A model generated the notes under the pieces. That model was given only the letters and a program-made list of their open reading frames with translations. It was not told the origin of the DNA and did not search any database. The position numbers and the translations under genes are program-made. Below, one piece after another: positions 28,940 to 42,510 of a stretch of DNA of 64,000 nucleotides; the first letter of the stretch is position 1, and every line of letters begins with the position of its first letter. Source of the stretch: Octopus sinensis (taxonomy: Eukaryota); assembly GCF_006345805.1 (NCBI RefSeq), contig NC_042997.1, forward strand, positions 80,228,001-80,292,000. Reading direction: 5' to 3'.

Positions 28940-30086
28940 AAAATAATGAAAACATCTAGCATCATAATTTTGAAGTATCTATAAAACTGTCAAAAGCTTG
29001 TTTATTTTTAGGTTTTTTATTTATTTATTATTAGTGTTGCTTAATATGTTTTGCTAAAATTGCAGTTTCTTTTCAGATATCATCATAAAAAGCTAATTAA
29101 AATTCATTAAATTGACGGATCTATTGGACTTTCAGAGAGGTCAAATTGTTGGTGCATGAATAGCAGGTGCTAGCATAGCAAAAACAGCCGAAATGTTTGG
29201 TGTATCAAGAAGTACTGTCTTGAAAGCAATGACAGCCTTTGAGAAAGAGGGAAAAACCTCCTTGTCGAAACAAAACTCCGGAAGAAAACCAAAGCTTTCA
29301 GACAGGGACCGTCGGACTCTTACATGAATTGTTAGAAAGGATCAGAAAAGTACAAAACTGTTCACACAAAGCTGGATTTCATGGTAGGGCTGCAATCAGA
29401 AAACTACTTCTTTCAAAAACAAACACTGCCAAGCATTTAGAGTGGAGTAAAACCCCACAGAATTGGTCCCTAGAGCAGTGGAAGAATGTTATTTTCCTGG
29501 ACGAGTCATCTTTTACCTTATTTCTGACCACTGGCTGAGTATACATGTCGAGAAAGCCAAAAGAGGCTTTGACCCAGGCTGCTTTCTTCCAACTGTTAAA
29601 TATGGAGAAGGATCTTGTGATGATCAGGGGTGTATATCTTGGAAATCCACTGGCCCAATGGTTTCCCTTCATGACAGAATTAATAGTCAAGGCTATTTAA
29701 GCATTTTATCTGATCAAATTCATCCTATGGTTGTGCAACTGTTTCCGAAGGAAAACACAATCTTTCAGGATGATAATGCACCAATTCACACAGCTAAACA
29801 TCTTATCTGGCCAACACAATCCACAGATCTCAATATTAGTGAACATTTTGGTGCATTTTAGAAAAACAAGTAAGGAGCCAATATCCTCCACCACCATCAC
29901 TACAAGAACTGGAGACTGTTTTAGCTGAAGAATGGACAAAAATTCTTTTGGAAACAATTCAAACTTTGTATGAGTCCATACCTCATGGAATTCAAGCTGC
30001 AATTACTGCCAAAGGCAGTCCTACCCCATTTTAAAATAAATTTGTTTGAGATTTTAAGGTGTTTCCATTATTTTGTCCAACCCCTG
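28940..30086 (+). mobile_element. Tc1-like transposon with internal deletions
   Basis: DFQRGQIVGA...FGVSRSTV, VIFLDESSF, FQDDNAPIHTAK and WPTQSTDLNISE. Right TIR gtttccattattttgtccaacccctg at 30061-30086; partial left TIR aaaataatgaaaacat at 28940, cut by a microsatellite. Confidence 0.88.
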
Positions 30087-33000
30087 TGTATATACATACA
30101 CATAAAATTTCTTTGACGAAGTCTAACAACTTCAGGGTCAGAAAAAAAGTATTGCGATATAAAATGAAGTAAACCAGATGTAGAATTCATTAACCAAGAG
30201 TTCATCATCACACTAAAGCATCTGTACTGTGTAATGTTTACAGTATATCTGAAACACTGAGTTCTTACATGGAAAGTTTTAAGGAATAGAAAATGACAAT
30301 GACTAGTCCAGCTGTGTGTACAAACAACTGAACTACCTACTCATTGTAGAAGATCATAAATGGATGGGTTTCTGCAGATTTGTGTACCTTTAATGTAATA
30401 CACAGGCAGAATGAGCAGGACAGTGTGACACGGTTGGCCTTTTGAATTATAGATGTAATCTGTATGGCAGGTTTTTACAGATTCTGTCTATTAAATTTTA
30501 CTCACAAGGTTAGCTTGACCTGAACTTATGGCAAGATGTCATGTCTGACTAAGTCAGAGATCTTGAGATCTTGGAAAGCAAACTTCTTTATCACTCAACC
30601 AAACTTGTGATGAACTCTGACATATAAACATATAGACACAGTCACCAAAAGTATGAACTTTGTGCGATTCAGTGGATAAAGTATTAAATGTTTAGGGTAC
30701 ATACAAAATATCTACACTGATAAATTTATTCATAAATTCTGAATTCAAATCAACTAGTGCTTTTGTTTTCATTTTCCATCTTTTGGTCAGTTCACATAAT
30801 TCTTCTTTGCCTCAGTTTACCTAGCTGAGGAAATGAGGCTTTTATCCACTTCAGATTAATGTTCTGAGCAAAGCAAAATTTATAGGTTATATGGATCCTA
30901 GTAATTTATGAATGGATTAATCTAACAATGTATATGAAAGAGAAGATAATGCCAGAGTGTCCTCACATGAATATTTTATGAATATAGGAATAATCATTTA
31001 GAGAGCCAAGCTAGATGGTGATAAATTACCATCCTTCAATTTGTAACAAAAATAGTAACCAGAAAAACATAAAACTATATTAATTAATTTGTTTTAGTTG
31101 TTGAAGGCATATTATCCACAGACAACAAACTTTGAGGTGATCTGTTTGTCAGTTATACAACTGAGAGTTGATGTTCTACTACTCTACTACAAAGGAGCTT
31201 CTTAGATTAGACTAAAGTTTTTACAAATGTGGGTGGTTTGTTTTAAGGAAAACCAAAGGAGAAGAATCAAGATGACAAATGAAGATTCAGCTTCAAAATG
31301 AAATTAAGTTTTTTTTTGTGTTTTGATGAACTTTCCTCAATAATATTTTCTTATCAGACCTCCATAGCTAAACAATAACAATTGACAGCAATTGTAGGAC
31401 CTTTAAATAAAGAGAGACGTCTCTACCAGTTTATAATTTATTACTAATTTTACTATTATAAGAATTCCAATTATTTTAATTTCCTCATCATGTATCATGA
31501 TTAGATTAATTATTCTCTAGTCCAAGTAGTTAATTGAGTGGTCATTTGTTATAACTTTAATTGAAAGAGAAAGCCTGAAGATCCTTCACTCATTGATCGA
31601 TCTCAAACAAATGGTTTGTGTGTTAAATTGTTGCAGTTTTATGTCTGGTGGGGAATTAAAGTGAGTAAAGAAATATTTACTTTGAAATACTCTTCTAGAG
31701 AAGAAGTACTGACCAAAATATTTTGCAAAGAGTCTAGTAAGTAGGACATAATACTAGTTTCTAATGAGTAGGTTTAACTAAAAGTGAAACAGGAGAGAAG
31801 CTTCAGTAAACATTGACATTGGGTGCAATTTATGATGATAATTTTTTCAAGTGGTTATTGACTAAGTTATATAGTTTGGTGAACAGATAGCAATTTTCCA
31901 TTTGCTCCCATATTACATCATTTCAGCAGTGAAGTAAAGGTTTCAATGATTTTTACTAAAACTCATGGTTTTGACAAGTGAGTAAAATAACCATTTATGT
32001 CAGAGAAATATAGGACGAGAGAGAGAGAAGAGAGAGAGATAAACTTCCATTATTGATAGCTCATTATCTTCAGTATTAGTTGTAAAGTGAAGTCAGGAGT
32101 TCTTGAATAAAATCTTATGTCTAAATTTTTAAATCATTTAAAAGAAATGTGATATGCAGCTTTTTTAGCTTAGAGATATATCGAACAAGGATACATGGGG
32201 AAAAGATGGTAAATATAACAGTGTCTTCTTACAGACTGGATGACATGCTGAAAAGATTAACTGAGATGTGCTTAATATAACACTGTAAGAAAGAACAGTT
32301 CTTGCTTCTATATTAACCAACAGTAGATATACTTTTTAACAATGCTTTTCTAGTTTCTGAAAGAGGCCATCTATCAATTCACATGACCGTGTGTCTGGAC
32401 AAAAGCAACATAATCACAATTTGAAAGTTTTTTAGTGTGTAAAGTAAAGAAATTTCCAATCAGCAAACACATAAGCAAAAATAAATTGAATAGTTTGATA
32501 CAAAAAAGTTCTTGATGAGAACAAATTGGAATTGAATGTGTTGGTCACAGGGTGTGCAAGGGACAGATGGTTCTTTGGGTAGAGATGATCAACCATTAAG
32601 ATCAAAGCAAAAGGTTTTATATCAAGAAATTGAAGGGTAACACAAAGGTTATAAGTTCAAATCATGTCAGTTGTTCAAATTCTCTAATTGCATCTTGTTT
32701 ATTCCAAAGCATTGTGCAGTGTCCTCAGGCAAAGCTGTTTCTTTTAGTCGCTTCAGCTAAACTAAACATAAATGCCACTCAACGTTTCACAATGAAGTAG
32801 ATGATTATAAGGTCATTCAATAGTAAGATAATTATTTCCAACAAGTCATCATAATCTTTCTGGGTATGCAAACTCAAGTAACTAATACAAGATATCAGGA
32901 ACAAAGTTAAGAGGAGAGAAATTGATAAATCTTAATAGTTTTGCAATTTTGACAAATTTAAAAATTAAAGTGTAAATTCTATTTTCATTATTAGAAGTAC

Positions 33001-33727
33001 TTATTGCAACTACACCAATGACAAATGCTATAATGGAAGAATACAGCTACTCAACTTCTTTCCTGTTGTGAAAAAAAATGAGTTCATGAAGCACAATAAA
33101 AAAAAATACAAACAAAAGGGAAGAGCTTTGATGAAATCCTCCTGAAAACACTAACTAATAGACTAATTGTGAAAACACTACCAGGAGACTACAAGACTAA
33201 GTGGAAAATTCTCATGTAACGTAGGAATATTCTCACAGAGAATGAACAGGACCCTTTTGAAGAGGCCTTTCAAGACCTCCTTCCATCCCACTGTGAAGAC
33301 CAAATTACTGATTATTTGAAATCAAGGCAAATAACTTCACTTTCACCTTAAACAAACATAATTGTACTAAAAACTAAGTTCTAAAAACATCTGACCTGGA
33401 AACGATATTAGACCCCAAGTTACAGGATTTGGATGTAATGGCCATTGAATCATTTGTAGTCAGAGTCATCCTAGACCTGTTGGGTTCCATCACTGGCCTT
33501 AAACAAATATCTCCTAACTAAGGCTATTCTACATAATGTGTACAATGCATATTACAACTACATTTTCTATCTTGAATATAAATACTTTGATTTCAGTTAT
33601 CTGCATCTTCTTAATTCTCATATTTCATTCCATTTGGTTCGAATAAGTATTTCTTTTCTCTGACACACCAACATCATCTATTGAAGCTGATATATCAATA
33701 AGATACTTCTTTTCTGATGGCCCTTGA

Positions 33728-33810
33728 TATACATATATATATAAACATACACACACACACACATATATATATATATAATATATATATATATATACACATA
33801 CACACACACA

Positions 33811-33851
<41 letters not shown>

Positions 33852-34141
33852 CATATATATGTACATATATATACATACATATATATGTACTATATATACA
33901 TACATATACATAAATACATATATATATACATGCATATATATAAATACATATATTATATACATGCATATATATAAATACATATATATATATATATATATAA
34001 TATATATATATATATATCTATATATATATATATACATAATACATATATATACATAAATACATAATATATATATACATGCATATATAAACACATGCATATA
34101 TAAACTATATATATATATATATAGATATAAACTATATATAT

Positions 34142-34219
<78 letters not shown>

Positions 34220-34235
34220 ATATATATATATAAAC

Positions 34236-34279
<44 letters not shown>

Positions 34280-34328
34280 AACACACACACACATGTATAT
34301 ATATATTATATATATATATATATATACA
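33728..34328. repeat. (TA)n compound microsatellite
   Basis: Directly visible. Confidence 0.95.
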
Positions 34329-34963
34329 CACTTGTCCTAAGTCACTTTGACTATTGCTCTCAGCTATGGTCACCATACAGTGTCAAGTTAATCACAGAAC
34401 TTGAGGCGATCCAACGAAGCTACACGAAGAAGATAGCCTCAGTGCAGCATATAAGCTATTGGGAAAGACTCAAGAGATTGAGACTCTATTCCTTAGAGCG
34501 TAGGCGAGAAAGATATGCCATAATATACATCCAGAAGATCCTAGAAGAACTTGTCCCAAACTTTGGCATCGAGAGTTACACAAATGCCAGAACTGGGCGC
34601 CACTGCATAGTGCCAAGGACTCCGAAGTTGCCATCAAAATGAAGGACAAGATACTGTGATAGCGTGGGCTTCCGAGGCCCACAGCTCTTCAATATCCTCC
34701 TGATCAACCTAAGAGACCTGCATGGGGTGGATGCAGATGTCTTTAAAATAAAACTGGATCTCTTCTTTTCAGGTGTCCCAGATGAACCAACTTCACGGCA
34801 GGAGGTGCAGATGAGGGCAGCTGCATCGAACTCTCTCATGCACCAAATGGCAATTGCTAAAAAGCATTCGTGAAGTAAAATCATGTAGCAACACCAAATG
34901 GTGGTGCCCCAGCATGGCCACAGCTTGTGAGCAGAAACTAGATAAAAAAAATAAAATAAAAAA
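34329..34963 (+). mobile_element. CR1/L2-group LINE, 3' end fragment
   Basis: [16 protein letters not shown]...[12 protein letters not shown]...[19 protein letters not shown] is typical of the CR1-like ORF2 C-terminus. A 3' stem-loop-like tail and an A-rich end follow. Confidence 0.9.
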
Positions 34964-35048
34964 TATATACATATATACACATATACATATACACACATAT
35001 GTATATATATACATATATACACACACATATATGTATATATACATATAT

Positions 35049-35093
<45 letters not shown>

Positions 35094-35225
35094 CATATAT
35101 ACACATATATATATACATACATATATACACATATAGACACATATATATACATACATATATACACATATATATATATTCATACATATATACACACATATAT
35201 GTATACATACATATATACACACATA

Positions 35226-35257
<32 letters not shown>

Positions 35258-35324
35258 CATATATATACATACATACATATACATATATACATATATATAT
35301 CTATATATACACATATATATGCAC

Positions 35325-35359
<35 letters not shown>

Positions 35360-35529
35360 CATACACATACATATATATATACATATATATATACATATAT
35401 ATATATACATATATATATATACATATATATATATACATATATATATACATATATATATACACATATAAATACATATATATATATATATGCATATACATAT
35501 ATATACATACATATATATATATATACGTA

Positions 35530-35583
<54 letters not shown>

Positions 35584-35598
35584 CATATACATATATAC

Positions 35599-35633
<35 letters not shown>

Positions 35634-35660
35634 CATACATATATATATATACATATATAT
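34964..35660. repeat. (TA)n/(TACA)n microsatellite
   Basis: Directly visible. Confidence 0.95.
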
Positions 35661-35874
35661 ATGAAAACATCTTTCTTCAAAATGTGACCTCGTGTGTACC
35701 GTTGGCGATTTTTTTTCCTCTGTCTTTCCTTCTCCTATGTTTCGGATGAAGAGCTCCGCTTGAAACGTTAGACCCTCCTTCTTTCCATCTTTCCTGAGCG
35801 TCCAATAATACTATATTCGTTCCACGTCCTCGTGTTGTTGTGTTTCTTTGTGATTTCTTGTTTGGATAAACAAC
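35661..35874 (+). mobile_element. Short element 'P', copy 1 (Penelope pseudo-LTR-like, degenerate minimal hammerhead at 35739-35773)
   Basis: About 95% similar to 42281-42510. Motif guuu-CGGAUGA-a-GAGC-ucc-GCUU-GAAA-CGUU-agac. Shares cctgagcgt downstream of the motif with the Penelope terminus near 44281. Confidence 0.6.
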
Positions 35875-35950
35875 ATATATATATACATATATATATATAC
35901 ATACACATATACATACATATATATATATACATACGTATATACATATATAT

Positions 35951-36145
35951 AGATAAATGAAAGAATGGAGTGGAACGACGATTTAACAAAATTCCTTTAT
36001 TCTCGACATATGTTTCGAAGACTGCATATTCTTAATTCCGAAGGAATAAAGGGTGCATTATGCCGTCTTCTCATCAGCATCATGATGAACAAAACTTTTA
36101 GATGACTGCCCACACAGAGTCCACAGTGATAATGAGTGTTTCTTT
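35951..36145 (-). ncRNA. Short element 'H', copy 1, with type I hammerhead ribozyme motif (35992-36077); stem I 5' strand deleted
   Basis: Minus strand: CUGAUGA (36077-36071), stem II GAAGAC/GUCUUC, GAAA (36016-36013), palindromic stem III ACAUAUGU and cleavage triplet GUC (36007-36005). Confidence 0.8.
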
Positions 36146-36155
36146 ATATATATAT

Positions 36156-36199
<44 letters not shown>

Positions 36200-36303
36200 T
36201 ATACATATACATATATATATACATATATATATACATACATACATATATATATATATAATACATATATATATATACATACTTATATACATACATATATATA
36301 TAC

Positions 36304-36334
<31 letters not shown>

Positions 36335-36372
36335 CATACATACATATATATATATATACATACATATATATA

Positions 36373-36778
36373 TACTCTTTTACTCTTTACTCTTTTACTT
36401 GTTTCAGTCATTTGACTGCGGCCATGCTGAAGCACCGCCTTTAGTCGAGAAAATCGACCCTGGGACTTATTCTTTGTAAGCACAGTACTTATTCTATCGG
36501 TCTCTTTTGCCGAACCGCTAAGTGATGGGGACGTAAACACACCAGCATTGGTTGTCAAGCAATGCTAGGGGGACAAACACAGACACACACACATATATAT
36601 ATATATACATATATACGACAGGCTTCTTTCAGTTTCCGTCTACCAAATCCACTCACAAGGCATTGGTCGACCCGGGGCTTTAGCAGAAGACACTTGCCCA
36701 AGATGCCACGCAGTGGGACTGAGCACGGAACCATGTGGCTGGTTAGCAAGCTACTTACTACACAGCCACTCCTGCGCC
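36373..36778 (-). mobile_element. SINE family A, young copy
   Basis: Head ggcgcaggagtggctgtgtagtaag...ggttccgtgctcagtccc, internal (TA)(TG) tract and (GAGTAAAA)n-like tail. Confidence 0.9.
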
Positions 36779-37567
36779 TATATATATACATACATATATA
36801 TATACATACATACATATATAAATACATACATATATATACAAATATATATATACATACATATATATACAAATATATATATACATACATATATATACATATA
36901 TATATATACATACATACATATATATATATATACACATATATATATACATACATATATATACATATACATACATATATATATACACATATATATATACATA
37001 CATATATATACATATACATACATATATATACATATATATATATACATATATATATATACATATATATACATATACATACATACATACATATATATATATA
37101 TACATATACATACATACATATATATATATACATACATATATATATATACATACAAATATATATATATACTTACATACATATATATATATATATACGTACA
37201 TACATATATATATATATACGTACATACATATATATATATACACACATACATATATATATATATATATACATACATACATACATACATATATATATATATA
37301 TGTATATACATATATATATATATATGTATGTATATACATATATATATATATATATACATATACATACATACATATATATATATACATATATATTTACATA
37401 TACATATATATATACATATATATTTACATATACATATATATATACATATATATATATATACATATATACACACACACACATATATATATAAATATATATA
37501 TATACATATACACACACATATATATATATACATATTTTCACACATATATATATACATATATACACAC
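36779..37567. repeat. (TA)n/(TACA)n microsatellite
   Basis: Directly visible. Confidence 0.95.
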
Positions 37568-40500
37568 ACAGGAACACTCACAGGCAAGGAACACAGGTAC
37601 AAGATTTTCTGGGCAGGGAACACTCACGGGGTCGGGGGCGTGGGTATACTTCTTGCGGAGAAATGGGTAGATAAGGTAATCGAGGTAGTCAGAGTAAGTG
37701 ACAGAGTAATTAAAATTAGATTAGTCCTTCACCATAGGACAGCTACCATCATCTCGGCATATGCCCCTCAACCAGGGCTACCGGAAGGACAAAAAGACCA
37801 ATTCTATGACACCCTATTGCAGACTACCTCGTTGACAAATGACAGAGACCTTCTCTTCGTGGCAGGTGATTTCAATGGACATGTTGGATGGCATGTCGGG
37901 GGCTTCCATGGCGTCCATGGAGGCTATGGTTTTGGCTCTCGTAATGAGGAGGGAACCAGGCTGCTGGAGTTCTGCGATGCAAATGACCTTATGGTCTGCA
38001 ATACCAACTTCAGGAAACCCACCTCTCACCTAGTCACCTACCGTTCTGGCAGACACACCAGCGAGATTGACTACATCCTTGCCAGAAAAAGGGAAAGAGG
38101 GCTGATTATAAATGCCAAAACCTTTCCAGGCGAAGAGTGTACTCCTCAACATAGATTAGTAGTTAGCGACTTCAGGATCAGAGCTAAATGGTTGCCCAGA
38201 AGAAGACCAGCTTGGAGGAGAAGGGTCTGGAAGCTTAAAGATCCTGCAAATGGACAGAGATTTAGAGGCATACTACTCGAAGCCTTTGACGAAATAGAAA
38301 GGGGATATAGCTTCACTTAATGTGGAAGACAACTGGAGATTTCTACGGGACAATCTGCTGACAGCCACTGACCAGATCTGTGGATGGAGCAAAGTACCAT
38401 CTCGACCCAGAGTAACATGGTGGTGGAACACTGTGGTTGACAGGGCTATTAGACAAAAGGGGGTAGCAGGGAATTGTATCAGACAGCCAGAAGGGAAGCT
38501 AGGAGACAGGTTTATTTAGCCAGAGGGGAAGCGGATAAGAAAAAATTTGCCAATGTTCTGAGCCGTGAGGATGAAAGACTTGAGGTATTTCGTGTTGCAA
38601 GACAGTGTGTGAGAGAGAATCGTGATGTGGTAGGAGAGAAGTGTGTTCACATGGATGATGGTTCACTTGCGCTAAATGAGGATGCAAAGAGAGAGGTTTG
38701 GAGATGTCACTATGAAAGGTTGCTGAATAAAGAAAATGAATGAGATAAAGAGAGTCTGCCTAATGTTGACCCAACAGAGAGACCAGCTATCCAAGTTGAT
38801 AGTTCCATGGTAGCTAAGGCAATTAGAAGCATGAAGACAGGGAAAGCCCCAGGCCCATCAGGAATTACTGCAGAGATGCTCAAAATATCTGGCAGTGTCG
38901 GCTATAACCTAGTCACCCGTATAGTCAACCAGGTGATACACGAAGGAGTCATATCCAATGACTGGTGTAGCAGCATACTAGTCAACTGCTACAAAGGTAA
39001 AGGTGATGCCCTAGATACAAATAATTACAGAGGTATCAAGCTGTTGGATCAGGTAATGAAGGTTACGGAGAGGGTCATAGCCCAACTAATTAGAGAGAGA
39101 GCTAGTTTAGATGAGATGCAGTTTGGGTTCGTGCCAGGGAAAAGCACCACTGATGCTATATTCCTGGTAAGGCACCTGCAGGAGAAATACCTAGACAAAG
39201 ATAAGCCCCTGTACCTGGCTTTCGTTGACACAGAGAAAGCCTTTGATAGGGTCCCCCGATCCCTCATCTGGTGGTCAATGAGGAAACTAGGGATAAATGA
39301 ATGGCTGGTGAGGGCTGTGCAAGCCATGTACAGAGATGCCGTAAGTAAGGTTAGGGTTGGCAACATGTACACAGAAGAATTCAAAGTAGAGGTTGGGGTC
39401 CACCAGGGTTCAGTACTCAGCCCCCTCCTATTTATCATAGTCCTCCAGCAATTGTGGAGGAATTCAAGACAGGTTGCCCCTGGGAGCTCCTCTATGCTGA
39501 CGACCTCGCTCTAATTGCTGAGTCACTATCAGAACTGGAGGAGAAGTTCCAGGTGTGGAAGGAGGGTTTAGAATCGAGGGGCCTTAGAGTCAACCTAGCT
39601 AAAACCAAAGTACTAATAAGTAGAAAGGTAGACAATCCACAAATGTCTTCAGGAAGATGGTCCTGCTCGATCTGTAGAAAAGGTGTAGGTAGAAACTCTA
39701 TAAGATGTACCCAGTGTAAGCTATGGACACATAAGAGGTGCAGCAATGTCAAAGGTAGGCTAACTGGGAAGATAGTTTTTGTATGTGGCAGATGCTCGGG
39801 AGCATTGACCTCCGAAAATCTGCAGAAAACAACTTCCGTCACTTTCCAGGGGGAAAAACTAGAAGTAGTTGATAGCTCCCGTTATCTAGGTGACCAAGTC
39901 AGTAGTGGGGGTGGGTGCACTGAGAGTGTAACTGCTAGAATAAGAATAGCCTGGGCAAAGTTTAGGGAGCTCTTACCTCTGCTGGTGACTAAAGGCCTCT
40001 CGCTCAGAGTAAAAGGCAGACTGTATGATGCATGTGTACGAACTGCCATGCTACATGGCAGTGAAACATGGGCCGTGACTGCTGAGGACATGCGTAAGCT
40101 CATGAGGAATGAAGCCAGTATGCTCTGATGGATGTGTAATGTCAGTGTACTTACTCGACAGAGCGTTAATTCCTTGAAATGTTGTACCTAAGAAGCATCA
40201 GTTGTGGTGTGCAAGAGAGACGATTGCGCTGGTATGGTCATGTGGCGAGAATGGATGAAGATAGGTGTGTGAGAAAGTGCCAATCCCTAGCAGTTGAGGG
40301 AACCCGTGGAAGAGGTAGACCCAGGAAAACCCGGGACGAGGTGGTGAAGCACGACCTTCGAACGTTAGGTCTCACCATGGAAATGACTAGAGACCGAGAC
40401 CTATGGAAGTATGCTGTGCGTGAGAAGACCCGGCAAGACTAGTGAAGCCATAACCCGTGGCCCCTACCTGGGACGTAGTCAGTCCACCTGTGCATACCTT

Positions 40501-41083
40501 CCTTCTTGTGAACACTTGTGAAGACCTGTTGAGGCAAGTGAAAATCAAATCAAATCAAATCAAAATAAATGAACATCAATGGAATTTGTATCCTTGTGGT
40601 ACCAGTGCTGGTGGCACATAAGAAAACCATCCGAACGTGGCCGTAGCCAGTAGCGCATCGACTGGCCTCCGTGCTGTGGGCACGTAACAAACACCATCCG
40701 ATCGTGGCCGTTCGCCAGCCTCGTCTGGCACCTGTGTCGGTGGCACATAAAAAACACCATCCGAGCGTGGCCGTCTGCCACCTGTGTCAGTGGCACATAA
40801 AAAACACCATCTGAGCGTGGCCGTCTGCCACCTGTGTCAGTGGCACATAAAAAACACCATCCGAGCGTGGCCGTCTGCCAGCCTCGTCTGGCACCTGTGT
40901 CGGAGGCACATAAAATCACCCACTCACACTCTCGGAGTGGTTGGCGTTAGGAAGGGCATCCAGCTGTAGAAACACTGCCAGATCTGACTGGCCTGGTGCA
41001 GACTTCGGGCTTCCCAGACCCCAGTTGAACCGTCCAACCAATGCTAGCATGGAAAGCGAACGTTAAACGATGATGATGATGAT
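37568..41083 (+). mobile_element. RTE-clade LINE, 5'-truncated, near-complete ORF2 with disruptions
   Basis: Endonuclease [20 protein letters not shown] and EIDYIL; RT YADD at 39493-39504; PHD finger at 39664-39795; C-terminal GRGRPRKT; (GAT)n tail. Stops at 38741-43 and 40126-28 plus frameshifts. Confidence 0.96.
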
Positions 41084-41247
41084 ATATATACATATATACA
41101 CATATATATATACATACATATATACACATATATATATACATACATATATACACATATATATATACATATATATATACATACATATATACATATATATACA
41201 CATACATATATACACATATATATATACATACATATATACACATATAT

Positions 41248-41982
41248 GGGACGAAGTGGTGAAGCACGACCTTCGGACGTTAGGTCTCACCATGGAAATG
41301 ACTAGAGACCGAGACCTATGGAAGTATGCTGTGCGTGAGAAGACCCGGCAAGACTAGTGAAGCCATAATCCGTGGCCCCTACCTGGGACGTAGTCAGTCC
41401 ACCTGTGCATACCTTCCTTCTTGTGACACTTGTGAAGACCTGTTGAGGCAAGTGAGAATCGAATCGAATCAAATCAAATCAAATCGAACCAAATCAAAAT
41501 AGATGAACATCAATGGAATTTGTATCCTTGTGGTACCAGTGCCGGTGGCACATAAGAAAACCATCCGAACGTGATCGTAGCCAGTACCGCAACGACTGGC
41601 CTCCGTGCTGAGGGCACGTAACAACACCATCCGAGCGTGGCCGTCCGCCAGCCCCGTCTGGCACCTGTGTCGGTGACACATAAGAAAACACCATCCGAGC
41701 GTGGCCGTCAGCCAGCCTCGTCTGGCACCTGTGTCGGTGGCACATAAAAAACACCATCCGAGCGTGGCCGTCTGCCAGCCTCGTCTGGCACCTGTGTCGG
41801 TGGCACATAAAATCACCCACTACACTCTCGGAGTGGTTGGCGTTAGGAAGGGCATCCAGCTGTAGAAACACTGCCAGATCTGACTGGCCTGGTGCAGCCT
41901 TCGGGCTTGCCAGACCCCAGTTGAACCGTCCAACCCATGCTAGCATGGAAAGCGGACGTTAAACGATGATGATGATGATGAT
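41248..41982 (+). mobile_element. Second, tandem RTE 3' end (matches 40333-41083)
   Basis: Near-identical from gggacga(a/g)gtggtgaagcacgacc to the (GAT)n tail. The 3'UTR minisatellite units differ. Confidence 0.93.
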
Positions 41983-42280
41983 ATATATACATACATATAT
42001 ATACATATATACATATATATATATATACATATATATATATACACATATACATATATATATATACATATATATATATACACATATATATGCACATATATAT
42101 ATACATACATATATATATACATACACATACATATATACATACACATACATATATATATATATATATATACACATATAAATACATATATATATATACATAT
42201 ACATACATATACATATATATATATACATATATATATACACATACATACATATATACATACATATATATATATACATATAT

Positions 42281-42510
42281 ATGAAAACATCTTTCTTCAA
42301 AATGTGACCTCGTGTGTACCGTTGGCGATTTTTTTTTCTCTGTCTTCCCTTCTCTGGATCTTTCCTTCTCCTATGTTTCCGACGAATAGCTCCGCTCGAA
42401 ACGTTAGACCCTCCTTCTTTCCTTCTTTCCTGAGCGTCCAATAATACTATATTCGTTCCACGTCCTCGCGTTGTTGTGTTTTTTTGTGTTTTCTTGTTTG
42501 GATTAACTAC
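42281..42510 (+). mobile_element. Short element 'P', copy 2 (degenerate minimal hammerhead at 42375-42409)
   Basis: guuu-CCGACGA-a-UAGC-ucc-GCUC-GAAA-CGUU-agac. Has a 16-nt segment that is absent from copy 1. Confidence 0.6.

Noticed and set aside
40610-40915. Repeat-spacer look of the RTE 3'UTR array (CRISPR-like)
   Set aside because: The intervening segments are themselves repeated, the context is a eukaryotic LINE 3'UTR and there are no cas genes.
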